This document shows, piece after piece, positions 48,741 through 61,300 of a DNA stretch of 64,000 bases. Under the pieces are notes generated by a model. It did no database searches, was not told the origin of the DNA, and saw only the letters and a program-made list of their open reading frames with translations. Position 1 is the stretch's first letter. Each line of letters starts with the position of its first letter. Source of the DNA: Mytilus edulis (lineage: Eukaryota); the NCBI RefSeq assembly GCF_963676685.1, contig NC_092344.1, forward strand, positions 107,632,001-107,696,000, given 5' to 3'. Made by a program: the position numbers and the translations under genes.

Positions 48741-51700
48741 TAGTCCGGCCGATTGGTGCAGATATAGAGCAGAATTGCTCACTTGATGAGGAAAGCATGA
48801 AACTTTGCATAGTAATTCTTGATTATATACCCTTTGATTTCAGCTATGGACCCACTCTGAAAAATCCAATATGGCTGCCATTTTCAAGATGGCGGAAAAA
48901 CGGTTTAAATATCAAGATTGTCCTATAGGTATTCTATATAATTTTGAAAATTAAAGTAATGATTCTTTAAAAATGGACTTCATGTTCTTGAATTTGTTAT
49001 CAATTAATTCTAAAATATTAAAAAAAAATATTTGGTTATTTCTATAACACATTCATTTGCAAATGTGGCTGCATATACAAAAAAAAAAGAGAAATTCAAA
49101 ATATTCATCAATATGTTACATGTTATGGTTGGAATGAAATAGGTTGAAACGAGTCGATTGAACGTTAATATATGTCGGTTAAATGTGGTGGAATAGTAGG
49201 TAACTCATCTGAACTTTGAGCCAGTGCCAAGGGCACCTTGTCTCATGTCTCTTCAATGCCACGTCTTACGTCATTTATCGAGTTTTCATCTGCCGTACCC
49301 CCTTCATCGTCAAATTATTCTATGTAATCAATAGGTGTACCTTTCTTCAGGGGGATTAGACGATTGCCTTCACTTAAAACGGTTAAGTGGCAACTATTTC
49401 CTTTTCCAACTACGTGCGAAACAAATTCGCAACTATTCAACGAGCATGGTCCTAGAATGCACTCCTGGTCAGCACTTTTATTACTTTTAATGGTAACAGT
49501 CATTTTTTAGTTTGGCGGAACTGTGATGGTTCGTTTTATGCAAACTTGCTGAGTTGAAATCTCGTTTTCATTGTTAACAAATGCCGCATTTATCACTTTA
49601 TTGTTGATGGTAATTGTAGGAGTACTCAGGTTTATCACTGCGCTCAGTGTGTCCAAAATATCTACTCTAAGTATAACAACATTTTTTTTGCAGAAATTAA
49701 TTTCTCATTTACTAATGTTATCCTTGCAGCAGTTTCCACAATCATGCTCACATTGTGGTCATGTATAGTACCTCTTACTGCTAAGCTCTTTCACATGGTT
49801 CGTCTGATGACAATATCTGACGAGGACGTGGGCATCTGATCGATTTTGTGATGAGGTGATGTTTCATGGCCAATATACTTTGGAATCGTGCGTTGACCTA
49901 CTGGCCCGACCCATTGCTGTTTTAAGACTCTATTGTTGGGGTTGCACTTTGATTTGCTCCATATCCTGGTGAAGGTGACCATTGTCTGAAATAACCGGGA
50001 TTTCTGGATTTTGTCCGTGGAGATGCTAGCCGTTGTCTTTAGGGACCATATGATCTCTAGCTTAGTGGGGGTGTTGCTGATCGATAGGCATTAAGGTTGG
50101 GTGTATTTCTATCTTGCGATCTACCGCGATTGTATTGCTCAGGAGATCTTCCAAGTGTATATTGAGCAGGTGATCTTCCATTCAACTGGTGATCTTCCAT
50201 GATTACTTGATTAGACTAACCGAGGTTATATTGATCGGCCAGTCCACGGTTATGCTGATTAGTTGAAAGCATAACATCAGCTAGTGTTGTGACAGTTTGT
50301 GTGAAGTTATGCACCTCATTATCCAAAGGACTGCTTATATTGCTTTTATCAGCAAAGTAGACTTGTCGATGGTCATAATTGGCACTTCTTCATTCATATA
50401 TCGCCATTTGGTTTTCTATTAAGGTTTTCAATTGTTTTAACGCCTTGTTGAATGTTTCTGGGTTCCTCTCTATAACATGTCTTATAGAATCTTTGTCTTT
50501 ACATCCTCGACGGATTGCTTCAGTTCCAATCTGGTTTGATCTTTCTTGCTGAAGCGCTGCTCATAATGAATGCCTTTTTAAGGCCTTGGAATCATCATCT
50601 GTGTTTACCTTGCGAGCGTACTCAAAGCCAACACCAGCCTAGTAAACTTGGGCCTACACACATTTTCCCTGTTTTACCATTGTCATCTACCGACAATTCG
50701 TTCAAATTGTTAAATAAACGGCGCCCAAGTCATGGACCCTCTTCAATTGAGCTTTTGCATTTTTGGGAGGTGGGCTTCGGCTCCGGTCCCTTGCACCAAG
50801 ATTTTCTTGCCATCGGGTATATTCTCTCTCCAATGAGGAGTCTGAAGAAGAGGTGTTGCCACACTCTTTTGGTTTCCTCTGCCCTTTCCTGGATCGGTCA
50901 GTGGAGTCAGCTTGCTGTTATGGGAAGCCTATTAGAGTTCCAGGAGCTGACGAGGTTGTCATAATTGGAGTAATAATTGTGGGATTTGCCATTGCCTCGA
51001 CTGGGATGATACCGTAAGTATAGGCACTGCATTCAGCATTGGAGAAGCTTGATAGAATCCACTTGCAGCCAATTGTTTCTGTAATGGTGTGCTGCTCTTA
51101 ACTAAATATTATTGACTCATAGTAGATGGTAAGTGTGCGTAAGAAGACACATAAGCCTTTTTGCTGGTATCCTTGGTTAGTACTAGAGGTTTATAGTATT
51201 TTCTTAAATAGAGATTGTTGTTGAATAATTTGAACTGTCTCGTGCAGGACTTATGATGAAGACACCTTCAACAGAGTTGGTGCGGTTGATGGTTCATGCG
51301 AACTACAATTGGGCAAAGACCCAAGGCATGGATTTTTTGTGTACTTTTGGTAAACTTGCGTTGTACTGGCTATGGTCACATTTTGGCTTAGATGATGTGT
51401 CCATTGCAGGAATTTTAACTTCTTTATTTCGATTGTCCAATAATTCATTTACAACAGATGACAGTTGTCGGAAGGTATCCTGCTGTTCAAATGCACTTTC
51501 AAATTGAACTGTGTCTCCTTTCTCAGTTGTCAGCTTTTCCAGTTATCTCACCACAACATTGAATATCGTATTGGTCTCACTATCAATTCCGCCAAGCAAT
51601 CATTACTAGCCTTGTGGTCTATCATGTTTTTAGACTGCTGAAGTTGCCGAGATATTGCTATCATCTGTTCGTTATTAATATTTATTGCCTCTTTCTGTTC

Positions 51701-52596
51701 AGCTCAAAACGTAATGAGACCAGCACATATTTTATCAATTCGCGCTTCGCTGTGTTTTATATTGCGGTAAATCTCAACTGTTCTTTGAGCATTAGATTTT
51801 CTATTTGCTAAAAATTCCTGGTACAATAGTTTAATAGTCATTTCTGAGCTGTCCTCTGTTAAAATGTCTGCAGGTGTGGGTTTCTCCATATCCCGTAGTG
51901 ATTCAGTTTCTGCCATTTTAATGTTCTTGTCCAGTTTTGTCCTCAATTCCTGCCATTTCACTGATATGTGTTTAAATGATTCTCAATTCACAGTTTTATA
52001 TCTCAAATAGCAAAATATTGCGACCCAAGAAATAAGATAGGCACTGAATAATATCTTAAGGCAGATAAATCCCAAACCACAGCTTTTATGTGTGACCCAA
52101 GGCAACAAAAAGTGTAGCATTTAATGTAAGCTACTACTGCAGCTTTTTATGAAAGCAACTACTTTGTGTATGAAATGACAAGGAAGGCAAAATCAAAAAG
52201 GAATGAACTGGGAGAGATACTATAAATGACACTTTACATCAATAAAATGCTTATATTCAGGTCAATTCTCAATAATGAGTATTTGCTTATTTTTCAAGGC
52301 GGCCATTTTGAAAATAACCGCCATTTTGTATTTGAAAGATAGATCAACCATAGATAACCACACCAAGTCATTCAAATATGTTAATCTTTGTGCTTCTAGC
52401 ATCAAATCCACTGTGGTTTGTGCAATATTGGAAAATATTTTAGAACGTACGGCAGCCATCTTGAAATAAGCCGCCATTTTGAATTTTGAGGGTGGGTCCA
52501 TAGCTAAAATTGCACAGTACACAAAAATGTACCATCATGCAAAAATTGGTGCTTTCCTCATTCTTTGAGCAATTTTTTCACCGATCAGCCGGACTA
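48741..52596. mobile_element. Non-autonomous Academ-like DNA transposon (TAG...CTA, long imperfect TIRs, 3-bp AAA TSD)
   Basis: TAGTCCGGCCGATTGGTG ... CACCGATCAGCCGGACTA; inner matches AGCTATGGACCCAC / GTGGGTCCATAGCT and AAGATGGCGG / CCGCCATTTT repeats. Confidence 0.8.
49200..51961 (-). pseudogene. Decayed Ty3/Gypsy gag-protease-like region inside the Academ-like element
   Basis: Broken minus-strand frames give gag-like TWAPFI.QFERI, EYARKV and GCKDKDSIRHVIERNPETFNKALKQLK, plus a post-protease segment (RTITVPP...LIPLKKGTPIDYIE); many stops and frameshifts. Confidence 0.55.
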
Positions 52597-53243
52597 AAAT
52601 GACCGTACACGGACACATATTTCTGACTCTAAGCATTTTGACAAATATTTTTTATGTGATTCGATGTCCTTGTTTCATGTTTCCCTGATTTCTTCGCAAG
52701 AAATCATATAAATGGAAGCACAATCGGTAGAAATGGGAAAACAAATAGTTTGCTGTTCTTAATCAATTTGAAGTTGTCTCAGTTGATGATTACTTTATGG
52801 GTGTGTTTTTTCTTGCGATACAGGCGTTTATTGCTTTTGTCAAAAGTTTTTTTTTCAACCTATTTTTATTAGGAATATTTATATTTCATTAATTGTTTAA
52901 GAAAAAGAACGATAACAGAAAGACTGTTCCGTTGATATGTGAATGTATTTCAGAGTTTGATTAGGATACATTCTATCATCTTCTCTCTTGCCAAATGGCT
53001 CTACTAAAAATGCATTTTATCTGATATTCTGCTAATTTGTACTATCCAATAGGTGATTGTTAGCATCTTTACAATTCACCTGCCATGTACCTATATTAAC
53101 ATACTCTCGTCCTAATTTACACCCTGTATCTGTTGTGAAACGAAAAATCAATCTTACCTGACAAACTGTTTTCAACGCTTGTTACCGTGGTAACGTATTT
53201 TGATTCTGCCATTTAAAGCATCATTTCTGCAGGTAGATAGGTA

Positions 53244-56200
53244 ATGAAGACCATGGACAATGTATGGCGGATAACGTTAATCAGTTTGATACTGCCATGT
53301 GGGATTTGGACAGGTAACATTCTTTTTTTTATTATGTTCATTATTGTTAATAAAAACAATTATTTTTTTTTATATAAAAAAATCTAAAAATCATAAAATT
53401 TCTGAATCTTTAACAACCTCAGGATATACCTTGTCGATAAATGGATGATTAGAAAACTAAGTTAATGTCGTGTTTTAGTAAAATCTTTAGGGGATATATG
53501 TTACAAGTTTTGACGAGAACCTAAATTCTGCATACCATACAGTGTCTCATAGACCCTGGGATTTTTTTTTGTCTCAAAAGTGTCTTATATCCGATACGGT
53601 GACACAAAGACATTAAAGGATTTCCTTGTATTTAGTTGTTGTTTGTATGAATTTGCAAAAATTAAAAAAACACATATTACTTTTTTTCGGTTGTGAGAAA
53701 TGGTATTCTTTTCAACCGCTCCAGATTAAAATAAAAATCAGAAAATAAAATGCACGGATTGACTTATTAATCAAAAGTCTGCACTAAAATATGTGTTGCA
53801 CTGGTGCAAATGAGGTAACTCTGAGATTAGGAAAAAGATTTAAAAAAAAAATTAAACTCCTGATCTATGAATGCCGAACGCAAACAGTTTAAATATATCA
53901 TCAGAGTTAAGATGTTAGCCATAAATGTTCAGATACATGAGTAACTATGAATACATTCTTACGAATTTTGTTATTCTTTAATTCAAACACTGTCTTGATT
54001 ATGGACTTTCCGAATTGATTTTCCTCTGTGTTCAGTATTTTTGTGATTTTACTTTTTTTGATACTCAAGAAGAAAAAAATAGAAGAACTAAACGGAGCGA
54101 TCAAAGTCATATTTGATGTAGAAAAGCATACAACTTTTATTGTTTTTATGAAAAAAGATGGAAGGCCGAACAACTGTAATCAAATCATACAAATATTTTG
54201 CTCCAAATTCCTATGCCCATACGTGTAAACAAAATAATCAAAAGAGATAATGAAAAAAATAAATAAAAATAAACGGCTTGCATTTTACCAGATAGATATA
54301 ATGATAAAAATGCACACATTTATCTAACACATAATCAATAATTCACAGTTATAGTATTATACCAAATACAATATAAAATCGATGAGACAACTATCCACCA
54401 GAGACGAAGATATAAGTAATTATAGGTCACTGTACGGCAAATACATACATTTATATACATCTTAGGTAGGATTAATGGTCGTACATATTTTCAAATATGA
54501 ATTCTTGTCATATTTCATTTTCCACTTCATTTTTTTAACATTTCCAACAAATGCTTTTCTGCAGAATCTTATTACATATCCAGCATGGCCTTGAAATGTC
54601 TAATTAACACTTAAAACAAATTAACTTCGAAAAATGCAAAAAGTCTATGATTTCAATGCAAATTTAGAAGCTGCACCCACTTCTCTGTCCAGGAAATCAG
54701 TTCGAATATGATTTTGAAAGATTTTTGGTAACTCAAAATTTTACAAAAAAACTTGGAGACATGATATTATGTTCATATATATATTTCAATTTTAGATTAA
54801 ATTTATATAAGTAGGTTTGCATGTAACACTGTTAATGAAAGTAACGTTATTTTTTTATGACTGAATTGATAAAGGGTTTTCAGCAACACATTTACATTTT
54901 ACCGACCATTGTCGCAAACATGTCAAGGAGAAGTCGAATGAAAGAAGTTAAATCACAAAAATTACCGAACTGCGAGGAAAATTCAAAAACGAAAAGTCCA
55001 TAAGCAAATGGGAAAATTGCTTAAACACATCAAACGAATGGATAATAATAAACTCATCATAGATACCAGGATTGAAATTTTATATTTACGCCAGACGCGC
55101 CTTTCGTCTACAAAAGACTCATCAGTGACGGTCGAATACAAAAAATGTTAAAAAAGGCCAAATAAAGTACGAAGTTGAAGAGCACTGAGGACAAAAAATT
55201 CTTAAAAGAGGGACGAAAGATACCAAACTCATTAATCTAAAGCAAACTGACAACGCCATGGCTAAAAATGAAAAAGACAAACAAACAACAGCACACACGA
55301 CACAACATAGAAAACTAAAGAATAAAGAACACGAACCCCATCAAAAAACTAGGAGTGATCTCAGGTGCTCCGAAAGGCTAAGCAGATCCCGCTCCACATG
55401 CGGCACCCGTCGTGTTGCTTATGTGATAACAAATCCGGTAAATAGTCTTAATTCGGTAGGTCACATTCATGAAACGTTTTGCAAAATACAGCTAAGGTAA
55501 TCTATTCCTATGGTAGAAAAACCTTAGTATTTCAAAAATTCAAAGTTTTGTTTACAGTTTTAAAATTTATAATTATAAACATATCAATGATAACTCAAGT
55601 CAACACAGAAGTGCTGACTCATGGGATGGTGATACAAGCAAACGTTCTGTTTAGTTATTTTTAATTAACTGTTTCAAATATCAGCAAAACATTTTATTTT
55701 TGTATACAGTATAAATCAATACTTTCTTGTTCTGAAAGAAAAACAACAAACAAGCCTATAAATTTCAGTTTACTTGAACACATAACACTTAAAATAGTAT
55801 CATAAGCGAACACAATACAAAGAAAAGAGACAACACAAATGTGCAACTTCATTTTGTATAAATGATCTCTCTTTTAGCCGATTATGGTGAATCCGGGCCG
55901 TTATCATTCATGTGCCCTGGAATGTCTGGAATTGTATCTCTAGTGCATGGCACCAATATACATGTAAGTACACAATTACATACAATGTACATATATTGTT
56001 ATTGTATCAACATCATCAAAAGTCAATACTGCTACTACTACTACTACTACTGATAATAATAATAATGATCATAATAATAATGATAATGTTATAGTTATAA
56101 TGATAATGATAATAAAAATAATGATAATGGTTATAGTAATAATGAGAACGACAATAAGAAATAAGAATAATCATACTGATGATAACAATAATGATAACAG

Positions 56201-58309
56201 TTATAGTAATTATGATAATGGCCATAGTAATAATGATAATGGTTTTGGTTCAAGACTACTGTTAATATATTTTAGGATGTCTGTGGACCAGAATTTGAAC
56301 TGATGTTTAATGGCAGCCATACCAGTCTACATAATGCACATCTTACGTTTCATTTCTCCAGTTTCCCTAATACCATGCATGCTGTGCCACTTCATCATAA
56401 TCCATATAGTATGTATCTTTTTTTTTTTCTGAAAAACAATAAAGATTGCTTATATGTACCTCCCTCAGGAAATATAAATGAAAATGACAACCGTATTTCC
56501 CCCCTTCTTTTACTATCTGGAGTTTTCGGTAGTTTTTATTTGCTTTTAGTTGACTTGTGATAGTCTTGTGATTGCTTAAACACTGTTTTAAAGGAACTTA
56601 AGGCGGTTTGGCATGCCACAAAACCAGGTTCAACCCACCACTTTTTCATAAAATGCCCTTTTTTATCTATTGATTTATGAATTTTGAACAGCGGTATACT
56701 ACTGTTGCCTTTATTCAACATTATTTTATATCAGAATCTGATATTTGTAACTCGAAAGATTAATAACGTAGAGAAAAATCCCTTGTCGTATAAATAAAAA
56801 GAGATATTGGAAACACGTTTATTAGACCTCAAACAGCATTAAAGCAGTGAGAGAAATGAAGCCATACCGGTCACTTAGGCCTTCTTTCTACCGGCAGTTT
56901 AACCTCCCAATGTTGAGCGCTCGTTTAGCTGTGTAGAATATATAAATACGTAGCCAGAAGGGGAGTGCTGAATCCGATGCCTCTTGTAGAGAGATTGCCA
57001 CGCGTTTAAACCTTTACAACAAATATTTGCGGGATACGTAGGTAGTCTATTGCAAGTCAAAATTTCTGTCCCTATTCAGTATACACTCAGTTTGAACTTT
57101 CCAGACTTATACCAGACAGTCTCTATTATATGATCTACCTGTTGCTTTGATTGTTGCTTTGTTTTTTTTCTGAACATGCAGGCAATATTCGCCACGGAAT
57201 GTTTAGCAATCATCTTCATCATCCATCATCCATGATCCAACACCCATCATAAATCATCCATCATCGTCATCGTCAACATCATCATACAACGTCGTCATCA
57301 TTGATGTCGATATCATCATCGCCATCTTCTTAGTTGACTGGTGATAGTCTTGTAATTGCTTAAACACTGTTTTAAAGGAACTTAAGGCGGTTTGGCATGC
57401 CACAAAACCAGGTTCAACCCACCATTTTTTCATAAAATGACCTGTAGCAAGTCAGGAAAATTGCCATTGTTACATTATAGTTCGTTACTGTGTGTGTTAC
57501 ATTTCGGTGTTGCGTCTCTTTTGTGTCGTAGTTCTCTTATATTTGATACGTTTCCCTCAGTTTTAGTTTGTAACCCGGATTTGTTTTTTATCTATCGATT
57601 TGTGAATTTTGAACAGCGGTATACTACTGTTGCCTTTATTTAACATTATTTTGTATCGGATTCTGATATTTTCAACTCGAAAGATTAATAACGTAGAGAA
57701 AAATCCCTGTCGTATAAATAAAAAGAGATATTGGAAACACGTTTATTAGACCTAAAACAGCATTAAAGCAGTGAGAGAAATGAAGCCATATCGGTCACTT
57801 AGGCATTCTTTCTACCGGCAGTTAAAGCTCCCAATGTGGAGTGCTCGTTTAGCTGTGCAGAATTTATAAATACGTAGCCAGAAGGGGGAGTGCTGAATCC
57901 GATGCATCTTGTAGAGAGAATGCCATGCGTTTAAACCCTTACAACACATATTTGCGGGATACGTAGGTAGTCTATTGCAAGTCAAAATTTCTGTCCCTAT
58001 TCAGTATACACTCAGTTTGAACTTTCCAGACTTATACCAGACAGTCTCTATTATATGATCTACCTGTTGCTTTGATTGTTGTTTTGTATTTTTTCTGAAC
58101 ATGCAGGCAATATTCGCCACTGAATGTTTAGCAATCATCTTCATCATCCATCATCCATCATAAATCATCCATCATCGTCATCGTCAACATCATCATTGTC
58201 GTCGTCATGATGAATGTCGATATCATCATCGTCATCTTCATCTTCATACAACGCCGTCACAGTACAGGAAGACTGGGACAATCTCGTACGATGCCAAAAA
58301 CGAGCTGTA

Positions 58310-58360
<51 letters not shown>

Positions 58361-61300
58361 GATTAGCGAATTGATGCTGCAACTAGATACAATTATGTAC
58401 TAAATTATAATCCTGGTACCTTTGATAACTATTTACACCACTGGGTCGATGCCACTGCTGGTGGACGTTTCGTCCCCGAGGGTATCACCAGCCCAGTAGT
58501 CAACATTTCTGTGTTGACATGAATATCAATAATGTGGTCATTTTTATAAATTTCCTGTTTACAAAACATTGAATTTTACGAAAAACTAAGGATTTTCTTA
58601 TCCCAGGCATAGATTACCTTAGCCGTATTTGGCACAACTTTTTGGAATTTTGGATCCTCAATGCTCTTCAACTTTGTACTTATTTGGCTTTATAAATATT
58701 TTGATATGAGCGTCACTGATGAGTCTTATGTAGACGAAACGCGCGTCTGGCGTACTAAATTATAATCCTGGTACCTTTGATAACTATTTACACCACTGGG
58801 TCGATGCCACTGCTGGTGGACGTTTCGTCCCCGAGGGTATCACCAGCCCAGTAGTCAACATTTCTGTGTTGACATGAATATCAATAATGTGGTCATTTTT
58901 ATAAATTTCCTGTTTACAAAACATTGAATTTTACGAAAAACTAAGGATTTTCTTATCCCAGGCATAGATTACCTTAGCCGTATTTGGCACAACTTTTTGG
59001 AATTTTGGATCCTCAATGCTCTTCAACTTTGTACTTATTTGGCTTTATAAATATTTTGATATGAGCGTCACTGATGAGTCTTATGTAGACGAAACGCGCG
59101 TCTGGCGTACTAAATTATAATCCTGGTACCTTTGATAACTATGGAACAACAACAGCATATATTTACCTTAAAAAAATCTATAAAACCATTAAAAATGAAC
59201 AATAAGATTTGTAGGACAATCTTAAAGCTTGTTTGATAAATAAATGGTATGACCGTAGTGTCTTCTCGTACGTTCATAGTACATTAATTGAATTACATGT
59301 TTTCAGGACATCCTGTTCTGTTGTGTGTGTCTTTATCATGTTAATATTATATTTTCTATTCTTACCACACATTGTTATATATAGATCATGTGTCAATACA
59401 CATACCCTGTTTGTTGCAGATATGGGAGCTGTGCATACAGAATGGTCCTTATCATCAAGTATTGACATTGACCAAGCAGAAATACCATGTGGAGCAGGTA
59501 TGCATTGAATATTTTTTTACAGAACAGTATGATTCAACAAAACAAACCGGCTGATACATCGTGAATCATGCTCTAATTGCCAATAATAACACACCATAAT
59601 AAGCTACTCTTATAATTAGAACACTTACCGGTGACAGCAAGTCATTGGCAAACGGCTACCTTTGTGTATACGTATAAGTTGCTGTTAAAATAGTATGACT
59701 GTTTGTTAAGAATAACCCTTCCATTTCAAACAATATGATTGACTATTTCAGTTAAAAAAAATGTTAATCGATTACACTAATTATAAACATCGAAAAACTA
59801 ATTGTAAATAAGACCTCAAGAGACAAGTTCTTCGACTCATTGATGGACAAATAGTTTTGTTCTCATATGCTTTTTTTGCCTGGTAAAATTACTTATCTCT
59901 CCAACGCTCAAGGTAATTCCAAGGCAATCATTTTGGTTTTAAAAAATGGAAGGAGTTCTAACCTTACAAATTTGACTACATCTGATTTTTAAGTAGAGCA
60001 CATTTCACCTATACACGAATTAAAAACAATTGTAATGGAAAAAACCCCAATAGTTTTAATAGCGAAGCAAATAATACCCATATGTGTTGATAATTTAGGA
60101 TACATACTTGCTGTTATTGATGATATGACAAATGGAATGACATATGAAGCAGCACAGAGAGGTGTTATGGTATGCAATTTTTCAGGTACGTTAAAACAAT
60201 GAACAGTTTATTGTCTTCATATAAATTATTGCAATTGATATGTTGTATCATATAATTCATAAGTGCTCACTCAATCTAAAATTTCGTTGTTAATATTGGG
60301 ATACTTAATTTTTGGATTTCGATTGTTACTTGAATTTGTAGGTAAAATTGAAATATATTATAATGTCAATTTCAGAGTAAAAGTTACAGTCTAATATCAA
60401 TTCTATCGAATAATATATAAATTTAATAACAACTCTTCTAAAGTTACAGTCTATATTTTGAAGTCACTTTTGTATTTTTTCTGTTCTAGCAAATTGAACA
60501 ATTGTAATCATAGCTTTACCTAACATAATTCATAGTTACTTCTTAATTACATATTTCTCCATATTATTACTTTAAGACATCGACGTAGAACTTGAAGTTG
60601 AAATGCTACAACTTAATCACACTTTTACACTTACTGCTGGTGCTGGCACTCTTATGGACCAAATGCAACACCAGGGAGCCGCTGTTCATAGGGTAATATT
60701 TAAATATAGAATATCAGATTCCTACAATTACTGTACATTTGTTGTTGGTTAAGTGTATTAAAAGTTAGTAAAGTATACGAACAAAAGGAGAATAGAAGAA
60801 GTTTATTCTGAAGTTTGACTGAAAGCAGCACTTCCTTTATAACTGTATTTCCATCTTTTAAAGCGAAATATGCATTTTAAGTATATTGGTGAAAAATTAT
60901 GCAAAAAAAGATAAATGATATAATCATATGAACATGTGGTTGGATTGCAAATTATACAACTCACCATAAGAGACCAAATGATGCAGAAGTTAAGCACAAA
61001 TTACATATTATACGCTAATTCGAGAACTAATAGTGAAAGTACTTAAGCAAGGTATATCCAAGTTTTCATAAATCTTTTGATATTTTGCTATTATATTTTA
61101 CTTATTGGAATTTCCATTAAAGAGTCTATCTTTCAATGAACTGTTAAGGGTACTTACAATAGTTTACCATGCATGTTTACAATATTAGTTATTTCTTTTT
61201 TGCTTTAATTTTCTAGACGTGTCTTTTTTTAAAGATTAATGGTGAATGGCAATAATTTCAATTGTTAATTATGTCATTAAAGGAAATCAAACCCCTAATT

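Larger units (their letters stand above)
58397..59142 (+). mobile_element. Retrozyme-like tandem repeat: 2.1 copies of a 355-bp unit, each full unit with a hammerhead ribozyme
   Basis: GTACTAAATTATAATCCTGGTACC starts at 58397, 58752 and 59107; units appear identical; non-coding. Confidence 0.9.

Noticed and set aside
50515-51507. Plus-strand ORFs of 84-149 aa
   Set aside because: Antisense shadows of the decayed minus-strand retroelement sequence.
55912-56303. Ile/Met/Asn-rich ORFs
   Set aside because: Trinucleotide microsatellite in an intron; only 55878-55963 and 56276-56408 fit the exon chain.
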